This document shows positions 17,534 to 25,847 of a stretch of DNA of 64,000 nucleotides, one piece after another; position 1 is the stretch's first letter, and every line of letters starts with the position of its first letter. The stretch is from assembly GCA_937973585.1 (NCBI GenBank), contig CALJKN010000192.1:28733-92732 (forward strand). Reading direction: 5' to 3'. A program made the position numbers and the translations under genes. Below the pieces are notes generated by a model. It did no database searches. It was not told the origin of the DNA and worked only from the letters and a program-made list of their open reading frames with translations. Origin of the DNA: an uncultured Helicobacteraceae bacterium. Its GTDB lineage: Bacteria > Campylobacterota > Campylobacteria > Campylobacterales > UBA6016.

Positions 17534-18517
17534 GTGTATTTCGTATCGCTAAAAAATTTATCTTTTACTGGCTCCGGATTTTGTCTTTCGCCCATAAATC
17601 TTGACATAAAAAAAGGTGAATTTTTTGCAATTTTGGGCTCTTCGGGTAGCGGAAAAACATTTTTGCTGGAGAGCATTGCGGGTCTTCGTGATATAGCCGG
17701 AGAGATACATATTGACGGCAAAAATATGACGAAATCTGCCCCTGAAAAACGGAATATAGGCTTCATATATCAGGATTTTGCCCTATTTCCAAATATGAGT
17801 GCAAGGGAGAATATTCTATTTTCGTGCAAATACAAAAAAGATACTGCAACAACTGCCGAACTAGATAAGATATATGCTTTTTTGCAAATAGAAAAAATAT
17901 TGGATCGCAAAATAGCAAATCTATCGGGCGGCGAAAAACAGAGGATAGGGATAGCTAGAGCTTTGGCATCTAAACCGAAACTTTTTTTACTGGATGAACC
18001 TCTTAGCTCGATTGATCCATCGCTGCGAAATTCGATAATGCAATTTTTACTTGAGATGCACAAAGAGTTCTCGCTAACAACCGTGTATGTAACTCATAAT
18101 TTCAGGGAAGCCTCTTTTTTGGCGGATAGAATCGGTGTACTTTTGAATGGCTCTTTGTTGCAAGTCGGAGACTGCAATAGCGTACTCAAACATCCATCAA
18201 ACCTGCAAGTAGCGGAGTTTTTGGGGCATAAAAACATTTTTGAATGCACAATGCTAAAAAAAGAGTGCACCAAACGTCATTTTAGTATTGACCCGAATCT
18301 GGTAGAGATTTCAAGAGACAAAAACGGCAAGGAGCATACCTTTGGGGCCAGTATTATAAATATCATAGAGATAGTAGATCACTTCAAAGTCTATCTCTCT
18401 TTTGCGGCAGGGGAGTTGTTTGTCAAAGTCCCGTTAAAAGAGTATTACGCATTATTACCCAAAATCGGCGAATCGGTATATATCGGATTTAACGAAAAAG
18501 ATGTGTGGTTTTTATGA
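17534..18517 (+). CDS. Molybdate/tungstate ABC transporter ATP-binding protein with C-terminal TOBE-like domain
   Basis: 327 aa with a GTG start. Walker A GSSGSGKT, signature LSGGEKQR, Walker B LFLLDEP. Confidence 0.85.
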   Translation: MYFVSLKNLSFTGSGFCLSPINLDIKKGEFFAILGSSGSGKTFLLESIAGLRDIAGEIHIDGKNMTKSAPEKRNIGFIYQDFALFPNMSARENILFSCKYKKDTATTAELDKIYAFLQIEKILDRKIANLSGGEKQRIGIARALASKPKLFLLDEPLSSIDPSLRNSIMQFLLEMHKEFSLTTVYVTHNFREASFLADRIGVLLNGSLLQVGDCNSVLKHPSNLQVAEFLGHKNIFECTMLKKECTKRHFSIDPNLVEISRDKNGKEHTFGASIINIIEIVDHFKVYLSFAAGELFVKVPLKEYYALLPKIGESVYIGFNEKDVWFL

Positions 18518-19290
18518 TTAAGGGTCGTTTTTTTTGGATTTTTATTTTTCTAAGCTCAATACTCCTTATGTTTATAACGATTCCATTGGCAAAAATGATT
18601 TTTGGGGCAGACCCAAAAGCCGTTATCCAAACCGCTATGGAGCCGTCTGTTTTGGAGAGCATATTTTTAACCCTAAAAATTGCCCTTTACGCTACTTTAT
18701 TTGTGGCCTTAACAGGTATTCCGCTTGCTTATCTACTGGCTAGATACGACTTTTTTGGGAAATCTGTCATAGAGACGATCATTGATATACCGACGCTAAT
18801 CCCGCATACGGCTGTCGGAATTGCATTGCTTGGTGTTTTTGGGGGCGGGTATCCGGTTGGAGAGCTGTTTGGTGCCGTTGGTATCAGCTTTATGGGGACG
18901 GAGGCCGGAATCATGATAGCTATGATGTATTTATCGGCACCGTACCTTATAAACGGGGCAAAAGAGGGTTTTTGTAAGGTTGATAAAAGACTCGAAAACG
19001 TCGGTAGGACCCTTGGGGCCGGAATGTTTAGCGTATTTTTTAGAATATCGCTTCCGCTAGCCAAAAGGGATATATTTAACGGGGCTATTATGATGTGGGC
19101 GAGAGGTATAGGCGAATTCGGAGCCGTAGTCATATTGGCATATCATCCGATGACAGCTTCGGTGCTCATATATGAGAGGTTTAACTCTTTCGGTCTAAGC
19201 TACTCGGCACCTGTTGCCGCTATAATGATGGTTGTATGCATAGTTATTTTTATCACTTTAAGACGATTAAACAATAAAGCCTCAGCCTAA
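18514..19290 (+). CDS. Molybdate/tungstate ABC transporter permease
   Basis: Polytopic, with EAA-type loop ENVGRTLGAGMFSVFFRISLPLAKRD. I prefer ATG 18514, which overlaps the ATPase stop as ATGA. Confidence 0.85.
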   Translation: MIKGRFFWIFIFLSSILLMFITIPLAKMIFGADPKAVIQTAMEPSVLESIFLTLKIALYATLFVALTGIPLAYLLARYDFFGKSVIETIIDIPTLIPHTAVGIALLGVFGGGYPVGELFGAVGISFMGTEAGIMIAMMYLSAPYLINGAKEGFCKVDKRLENVGRTLGAGMFSVFFRISLPLAKRDIFNGAIMMWARGIGEFGAVVILAYHPMTASVLIYERFNSFGLSYSAPVAAIMMVVCIVIFITLRRLNNKASA

Positions 19291-19655
19291 AAACAACCGA
19301 AACAACAATCTATGACTTTTACTCCGGCTTCATCGGCGACTGAAGCGGCCTTTAAAAGCGAGAGGTTGTTTTTTGAGGCAAACCCCCATAGCTCTTCACA
19401 TGATATCTTTTTTTCAGTATCTACCTGTTTCAACAGCTTTTCGACTATTTCACCGTTAAAGCCGCCCGTCATATCTCGTCTATTTTTTTTCTTTCCAAAA
19501 AGACCTAGTTCACAATCCGAGATTTTAATATTAGAACCTTTGCATATATCCCCGATTTTCGTTTTTTCAATCGAAAACTCCTTGGATATTTTCCACCCTT
19601 CAATACACGGAAGCTTTGAGTCGCTACCGACACGGGTAGAGACTATATCTATCAA
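19287..19655 (-). CDS. Small Cys-rich protein of unknown function, translationally coupled to fdhD
   Basis: 122 aa ending VIDCCFGCF. ATGA overlap with the fdhD stop. I recognise no family. Its stop (TAG 19289-19287) overlaps the converging permease stop (TAA 19288-19290). Confidence 0.5.
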   Translation of the reverse strand: MIDIVSTRVGSDSKLPCIEGWKISKEFSIEKTKIGDICKGSNIKISDCELGLFGKKKNRRDMTGGFNGEIVEKLLKQVDTEKKISCEELWGFASKNNLSLLKAASVADEAGVKVIDCCFGCF

Positions 19656-20455
19656 ATACCTACTCTTTTAAATCCAGATAATCTAGCAGAGTGAGAATAG
19701 ATATTCATCTTTTGTCCTCTTGCGAAACCAATAAGTGTGATACCGTGCACCATGGCGGTCTTGACCCCTAAAAATGTGGGTGCGGTTCTTGAGACTACAA
19801 TCGGCAGTTTGTGCATAACCGCCTTTACAACCATCTCACTAGATAGCCGCCCGCTGACAACCAAAATAGCCCTGCTTGTACACTTGCCGGATAATCTTGC
19901 TTTTCCTACCACTTTGTCGATTGCATTGTGTCTACCTATATCCTCGGCACAAATCGTCAGACCGTCATCCAAAATCAGCATCGCCTTATGGACGCACCCC
20001 GTCAATCTATATAGTTCACTCTCCTGATAAAACTGCTTTACATTGCTTCTTATGTAGTCTACCTCTACGGTAAAATCGCTCTCAATAAAATCAACCTCTA
20101 CCGCATTTTCAACATTTCCGGTTATGCCGCCGCCGCAACCTGATACAAGGGTCTTTTCGGTGTATAGATGCTTGAGGCTCTCTTCGTTAATTTTATTTGT
20201 AAAAATATCAACCCTTAGGCCGTCTTCTGATATCTCTATCTTGTCCACATCAGACACATCTGATATGACCCCCTCGCCCATCAAAAAACCGAGCGCATGA
20301 GCATCCTGATCTACCGGAATACACATCATCGAGATAGCTTTTTCTCCGTTTAAAAAAACAGACATTCTACTCTCTTGGATTGTCACATCCTCTTCTATAA
20401 CGGCGGTATCGCCGTCCAAACGCTCTATAACTACTTTTTTTAAAAATTCGCTCAT
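19652..20455 (-). CDS. fdhD: Formate dehydrogenase accessory sulfurtransferase FdhD
   Basis: 267 aa. FdhD pattern LVSGCGGGITGN, GRHNAIDK. Confidence 0.9.
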   Translation of the reverse strand: MSEFLKKVVIERLDGDTAVIEEDVTIQESRMSVFLNGEKAISMMCIPVDQDAHALGFLMGEGVISDVSDVDKIEISEDGLRVDIFTNKINEESLKHLYTEKTLVSGCGGGITGNVENAVEVDFIESDFTVEVDYIRSNVKQFYQESELYRLTGCVHKAMLILDDGLTICAEDIGRHNAIDKVVGKARLSGKCTSRAILVVSGRLSSEMVVKAVMHKLPIVVSRTAPTFLGVKTAMVHGITLIGFARGQKMNIYSHSARLSGFKRVGI

Positions 20456-20476
20456 TTATATACCTTGCCTTACATA

Positions 20477-20496
20477 CCCCCTGAAAAATCAGGGGG
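20477..20496 (-). promoter_or_regulatory. Strong intra-operon hairpin between fdhC and fdhD (CCCCCUGA-UUUU-UCAGGGGG)
   Basis: Perfect 8-bp GC-rich inverted repeat with a 4-nt loop in the 60-nt fdhC-fdhD spacer. No U-tract follows on the minus strand. Confidence 0.5.
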
Positions 20497-20515
20497 CTAA
20501 TAAAGCAATTATAAA

Positions 20516-21448
20516 TTATTTCAGCTCAGAGGCTATTTCCGGATGGAACTTTTCGAGATACTCTCTCGGATATTTTCCGCTCCATAGTCCCCTTAGATAA
20601 CCCTTTACCGCTACTGCACTTGAATATACGTATTCGAGTGTAAAAAACATAAAAATAGCGGTTCCGGCAAAGTGGGAAAACAGCATCAGCCTTCTCATGT
20701 TGATTGTTTCCGCATTGATTAATGAGTGCGGATGAACCAAAAACATATATAGGCCGGATACAACAATCAATGTACCGAAAATTGCGTATGCATAGTATCC
20801 TACCCTTTCAGTCGGTGTAAAAGCACCTTTGAACATTACGCTTGCAAGACTAGTTTTTTTGAGCAACTTACAATCTTTAAACGCCAAAATTGTCATAGCC
20901 ATAAATACCGGAGCCCACAAAAAGCCCACCAGTTCATGAAGTTGTCTAAGATAATAAGGGATCATACCGCCTTGAGATCTGTCGCCGAACGTGATATTAA
21001 AGCCGGAGATAATCAGACAAATCATCATAAAAATGTTAGCCCATATAACCGCTCTTTGGAAAGGTGAAAACACCGTGACCAAATCATCCGGTCTGGTTAG
21101 TTTGGCCTCTTTTCTCCCCAAAAATATAAACATCAAGGCAAAAACCGTAATCTCTATACTAAACACCCAAGGGAGGTATTCGGCTCTCTCGGCAGAAGCT
21201 CTCATCACCTCAGGGGCAAATAGTGCATAATCGCCGCTAAACACCTTATTTCCGATAGGGTCTCCGGCCGTCAATCTAGGTAGTTCGTCGTAAATACCGA
21301 GCAAATGCCCTGTTTTTACTGCGATAAATTGAACCACTAGACCCATATCGGCAACCGTAACGTTAAAATACCAAATATTTAGAAGCGTAAAAGCTATAGC
21401 GGTTAATATATACGCCTCGTATTTTTTGAAAAAGCTTTTATTTTCCAT
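20516..21448 (-). CDS. fdhC: Formate dehydrogenase cytochrome b (gamma) membrane subunit
   Basis: Polytopic membrane protein downstream of fdhB. I prefer ATG 21448 (MENKSFFKK), which overlaps the fdhB stop (ATGGAAAATAA). Confidence 0.75.
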   Translation of the reverse strand: MENKSFFKKYEAYILTAIAFTLLNIWYFNVTVADMGLVVQFIAVKTGHLLGIYDELPRLTAGDPIGNKVFSGDYALFAPEVMRASAERAEYLPWVFSIEITVFALMFIFLGRKEAKLTRPDDLVTVFSPFQRAVIWANIFMMICLIISGFNITFGDRSQGGMIPYYLRQLHELVGFLWAPVFMAMTILAFKDCKLLKKTSLASVMFKGAFTPTERVGYYAYAIFGTLIVVSGLYMFLVHPHSLINAETINMRRLMLFSHFAGTAIFMFFTLEYVYSSAVAVKGYLRGLWSGKYPREYLEKFHPEIASELK

Positions 21449-22034
21449 AAGCTTGCCCCCATGCAAAAGGTTGTTGGCTTCTGTCTATACCCAAAGCGTT
21501 TTTATGAACTCTTTTTTGGGCAATTTTTAAAAGTTCGTCACCGTCTCCGGCTACAAGTGCTTTTGTTGAGCACATAGCGGCACACAATGGTACTTTACCC
21601 TCGGCTATCCTGTTTTGTCCGTAATGGTGGAATTCGGCTTCCGAGTGTGTCTCATCAGGGCCGCCGGCGCAATAGGTACATTTGTCCATTTTCCCTTTGA
21701 CGCCAAAAGGCTCCTGTTTTGCAAACTGAGGCGCGCCGAATGGGCAGGCATAAAGGCAATAACTGCAACCTATACATTTGTTTTTATCGTGCAAGACGAT
21801 ACCGTCTGCTCTGATATAAAAACAATCGACCGGACAAATTTTTGCACAAGGGGCATCTTCACAATGCCAGCAAGCCACAGAGACCGAAATCTCTTTGTTT
21901 TGTATCCCCTCATTAACCGTAACAACTCTTCGTCTATTGACACCGACCGGAAGCTCATGCCCCTCTTTGCATGCTATGACGCAAGATTGACATTCGATAC
22001 ATCTGTTCTCATCTATTAAAAACTTAACTCTCAT
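21438..22034 (-). CDS. fdhB: Formate dehydrogenase iron-sulfur (beta) subunit
   Basis: 198 aa with four ferredoxin-type Cys clusters (CIECQSCVIACK, CWHCEDAPCAKICP, CIGCSYCLYACP, CTYCAGG...C). Confidence 0.9.
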   Translation of the reverse strand: MRVKFLIDENRCIECQSCVIACKEGHELPVGVNRRRVVTVNEGIQNKEISVSVACWHCEDAPCAKICPVDCFYIRADGIVLHDKNKCIGCSYCLYACPFGAPQFAKQEPFGVKGKMDKCTYCAGGPDETHSEAEFHHYGQNRIAEGKVPLCAAMCSTKALVAGDGDELLKIAQKRVHKNALGIDRSQQPFAWGQAYGK

Positions 22035-22044
22035 CCATTCCCCC

Positions 22045-24882
22045 TTACGCTTTCTCTATTCTGCATAGTCCGCCTTTTGTTTCAGGCATCTGCGTAACGG
22101 AGTCAAAACCGTAGTTAGTAATCGTATTTACACTCTCACCGGTTGCATAAGGCTTGCACCCTTGCGGGTATTTGTGCGATAAATCTTCACCCTGGAATAC
22201 ACCGGCAAAATGGAAAGGCATAAATACGCTTTTTTCATCCACTTGATGGCTATATTTTGCTTTGACTTTGATTTTTGAACCCTCAGGAGAGTGAACCCAA
22301 ACCATCGAATTATTTTTCACCCCTAACTCTTTTGCAAGATTTGGATGAATTCTCACAAACATCTCAGGGACGAGTTCTGCCAGATATTTAGACGCTCTAG
22401 TCTCAACACCGGCACCGTTATATACAACAAGTCTTCCGGTAACAAGGTTAATCGGAAACTCTTTTGACCAGTCTTTCTCTTTTTGTTTTGTGATATATTG
22501 GGTATCAACACGGAAAAAGTCTTTTTTGTCTGCCTGAGCAGGGTATTTTTTGGCCAAATCTGCTCTTTGAGAGTGTATAGGCTCCCTATGGATTGGCAGT
22601 TTATCGCCGAGGTTCCACGCAAATGCCCTAGCTCTTCCGTTTCCAAAAGGTGCCAAACCGTTTTCAAGGGCTTTTTTGACAAGAATACCGCTTCTATCGG
22701 TTTTCCAGTTTTTCCCTTTTACCTTTTCGGCCTCTTCCGGCGATAGCGCAATACCTAATTTTGTTAGCTCATCAGGTGTTATCTCCCCGTATCCGCCTGC
22801 TACTTTAGAGCCGACAGGGGCAAATCCGTCACCCGCCATAAGGTTTACACCGTCTTTTTCATAAACAGTTACAACTTTGCCTTCGGCGTTTTTGTCCGTC
22901 CAGCCGTTTCTAAACCCTAGACCGCCCTCCATAACCGATTTTGAAGTATCGTATAGGTTTGGACTTCCCGGATGATTTTCGCTCCAACAAGGCCAAGGAA
23001 CACCGAAATACTCGTTAGCGCAAGTATCTTTGCCCATTAGGTCTTTGACGCTAAACAAATGCCAATTGTCGGAGTGCTTTTTTAGTCTCTCCGGCGTAGC
23101 CCCTTGCATACCGATCGTTAGTATGTTTTTGTTAATCTCTCTAGTCGCATCTTCCGGCCAACTAAAGTTTCCGTTTCCGTCGCCTAGCGATTTGGTGTAC
23201 TCTTTGTAAAAACCGAGTCTTTTTGCAAGCTCGAACATAATCTCTTGATCCGGTTTTGCCTCATGCACAGGCTTAACAACTTGATGTCTCCACTGTATTG
23301 AACGGTTTGTTGCAACCACCGAACCGCTTGTCTCCATCTGCGTAGCCGCCGGAAGCAAGAAGACGTTGTCTTTTTTGTCGGTTAGTACTGCCGCCTCGTT
23401 TACAAAAGGATCTGCCAAAACAATCAATTCTAGCTTGTCCAAAGCCGCTTTTACTTTTGGCTGTAGCGCCGTAGAGGTTATACCGTTACCCAAAACCACC
23501 AATGCTTTCAGGTTTGTTCCGCCGTTATATATCTTCTCTTCTTCCAATACCCCCTGATTCCATCTGGCAAGCGTAAAGCCCACTTTTTCCATCAGGTCTT
23601 TGGATTTGAATCTGCCTTTCATCCACTCGTAATCAACACCCCATCCGGCGCTAAAATGCTTCCAAGCACCTTCTGCTAAGCCGTAATAACCGGGAAGCGT
23701 ATCGGAGTTACAACCCATATCGGTAGCACCCTGTACATTATCGTGACCCCTTAGGATGTTACAACCGCCGCCTGCTTTACCCATATTGCCGAGAATCATC
23801 TGGATAGTAGGGGCAAGTCTTGCATTTGAAGCTCCTATGGTATGTTGCGTTAGCCCCATCGCCCACAATAAAGTACCCGGTTTGTTTTTGGCAAAAACCT
23901 CCGTTACCTCTCTTAGTAGGGCCGCCGGAACACCGGTAATATCTTGAACTACTTCCGGAGTATATTTTTTTGACTCCTCGATAGCTTTTTCCATACCGTA
24001 GACTCTGTTTAGGTAGAAATCTTTATCGTCCCATCCGTTTTGGATTATCAGATTTATCATCCCGTACATAAACGGTATATCGGTACCCGGTCTTACTCTG
24101 ACGTAATAATCTGCCTTTGCGGCCGTTTTCGTATATCTAGGGTCAACAACGATTATCTTTGCACCGTGATGCTCTTTTGCCCTTAATATATGCTGCATAC
24201 CTACAGGATGGTTCTCCGCAGGGTTTGAGCCTATTATCAATACGGCTTTAGAGTTTATGATATCGTTGATAGAATTGGTCATAGCACCATAACCAAAAGT
24301 ATTCGCCACACCGGCGACTGTAGTGCTGTGTCAGATTCTAGCTTGATGATCTATATTGTTCGTCCCGTAAAAAGCCGCAAATTTTCTGAAATAGTAAGCC
24401 TGCTCGTTATTTAGCTTTGCAGAACCCAAAAACATAGTCGAATCGGGACCGTTTTTGCTTCTCAATTCAGAGAGTTTTTTGGAGATTTTATTGAACGCTT
24501 CATCCCAGCTAATTCTCTTCCACTCTCCGTTTACTTTTTCCATAGGATGCTTGACCCTAACTTCGCTTCTGACCATGTCGATCATAGAAGCACCTTTGCA
24601 GCAGTAGCCCCCTTGAGATATCGGATGGTCTATTGCCATCTCTTGGCGTAGCCACACCCCGTTTTTGACCTCTGCAACTATTCCGCAACCAACTGAGCAA
24701 GCCGAACAAACGGATCTTACCAGTTTTGAGCCGGAATGTGCCTCTTTGAGGTTGGATGCTGTTTTTGTGACTGCCGTGTTAGCCAAAGCTCCGGTTGACC
24801 CGAAAGCGGTAGCGGCGGCGGCCATTTTTAGAAAAGAGCGTCTTCCGACCTTTGCAGGACGGACATCGTTTCTTGTTTCCAT
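22045..24882 (-). CDS. fdhA: Periplasmic formate dehydrogenase catalytic (alpha) subunit, selenocysteine-containing (UGA at 24333-24331)
   Basis: Track ORFs 24331..24882 and 22045..24309 are in the same frame and joined by one TGA. The read-through sequence is ...[30 protein letters not shown], the canonical FDH Sec context. Tat signal GRRSFLKMAAAATAFG. N-terminal 4Fe-4S Cys group CSACSVGCG. bis-MGD domains follow. Confidence 0.9.
24303..24317 (-). promoter_or_regulatory. Candidate SECIS hairpin for fdhA (UCGCC-GGUGU-GGCGA)
   Basis: Perfect 5-bp stem with a 5-nt G/U-rich loop starting 13 nt 3' of the UGA. Spacing is comparable to the E. coli fdhF SECIS (11 nt). Confidence 0.55.
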
Positions 24883-24908
24883 TAGCCCCTGTTTCCTTTC
24901 ATAGAAAT

Positions 24909-25127
24909 TTAATTAACCGATGCGTAGTACTTATCCCATGTCGGACTAGATTCAAAAAGAATCTCTTTTTTGCGAGACTTACCGAACTTAACGTCGTCGC
25001 TGTCTGACTTCGGCAAATGTGGATGGGTTAATTCCACAAGACCCAGAGAACCCGCAATAGCAGCGGTTCCTATACCGGCTCTTTTTAGAAAATCCCTTCT
25101 CGGATTCACATTAGCTTCATCGTGCAT
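24909..25127 (-). CDS. Small Tat-signal protein of the formate dehydrogenase region
   Basis: 72 aa. The twin-arginine signal NPRRDFLKRAGIGTAAIAGSLG is followed by only ~40 residues. Sits directly upstream of fdhA, as in the family I recall being named 'formate dehydrogenase region TAT target'. Confidence 0.6.
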   Translation of the reverse strand: MHDEANVNPRRDFLKRAGIGTAAIAGSLGLVELTHPHLPKSDSDDVKFGKSRKKEILFESSPTWDKYYASVN

Positions 25128-25157
25128 TTCTTACCTCCTTTATAAGATAAACTGTTT

Positions 25158-25847
25158 TTATATCTCACAGCTTCCGCTGCTCTCTTGTTTTTTTCTTTTT
25201 TTCCCAAATTTAGGCGGCGATAGCAGATTTGCCTTTTCGCTTCTATGCGCTCTTACAATCCCGTACGACTCTCTTTCGAATGCAACAAAAAAATCCAGTA
25301 TCACTGCTATGTCTTTGTAAAGTACCGAATTTGGATGCTGGCTCAACAATTCGGTAAAATCCGATACAAAAGGGTTGATTAGTTTTGAAAATAACTCAAG
25401 CTGAGCTTTTTCGGTCGCCTCTTCGGAGATCTCTTTTTGGATTAGAGTGTGCATAGATGAGAGTAAAAAACCTATAGTATCTTCTGATTCCGTATATACA
25501 TCTTCATTTTTCTCAATACCGACACCCCATAGTATCTCTCTGGCGGTAATAAGTTTTTTCCCAAACTCCCTCCCCTCCTCATAATACGATGCGCTAAGCG
25601 GAACTAAAACATTAAACGGATTATAAAAAAGCTTATCTGCTTCAGAGACCAAAAGTCCAAAATCGCTCTCCAACACATCCGCAAGGCGCCCAAGAGAATC
25701 CGCCATCTCAGCTGTAGGCGAGTTATCCATTAAAGATTGAATTGCTTTTTTGACGGATGGGAGGTTGGACTCCAAAGCCGAATAGATAAAAAAATTAGAT
25801 AGTAATCCGTAAAAAAAAGACCTTACTGTTAGCAACTCTTTGTTCAT
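25158..25847 (-). CDS. TorD/DmsD-family redox-enzyme maturation chaperone (FDH-specific candidate)
   Basis: 229 aa. N-terminal RSFFYGLLSNFF plus PLSASYYEEG...ESEDTIGFLLSSM match the TorD-family pattern (pp.eS.y ... e.pDHi..eL.fm). Confidence 0.65.
   Translation of the reverse strand: MNKELLTVRSFFYGLLSNFFIYSALESNLPSVKKAIQSLMDNSPTAEMADSLGRLADVLESDFGLLVSEADKLFYNPFNVLVPLSASYYEEGREFGKKLITAREILWGVGIEKNEDVYTESEDTIGFLLSSMHTLIQKEISEEATEKAQLELFSKLINPFVSDFTELLSQHPNSVLYKDIAVILDFFVAFERESYGIVRAHRSEKANLLSPPKFGKKRKKQESSGSCEI

Noticed and set aside
24310-24333. The gap between the two fdhA ORFs, read as a frameshift, pseudogene or gene fission.
   Set aside because: Both parts are in the same frame and separated only by one TGA at the canonical Sec/Cys active-site position. 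A hairpin follows, and a complete selABCD set lies 4-9 kb away. Selenocysteine is the simpler reading.
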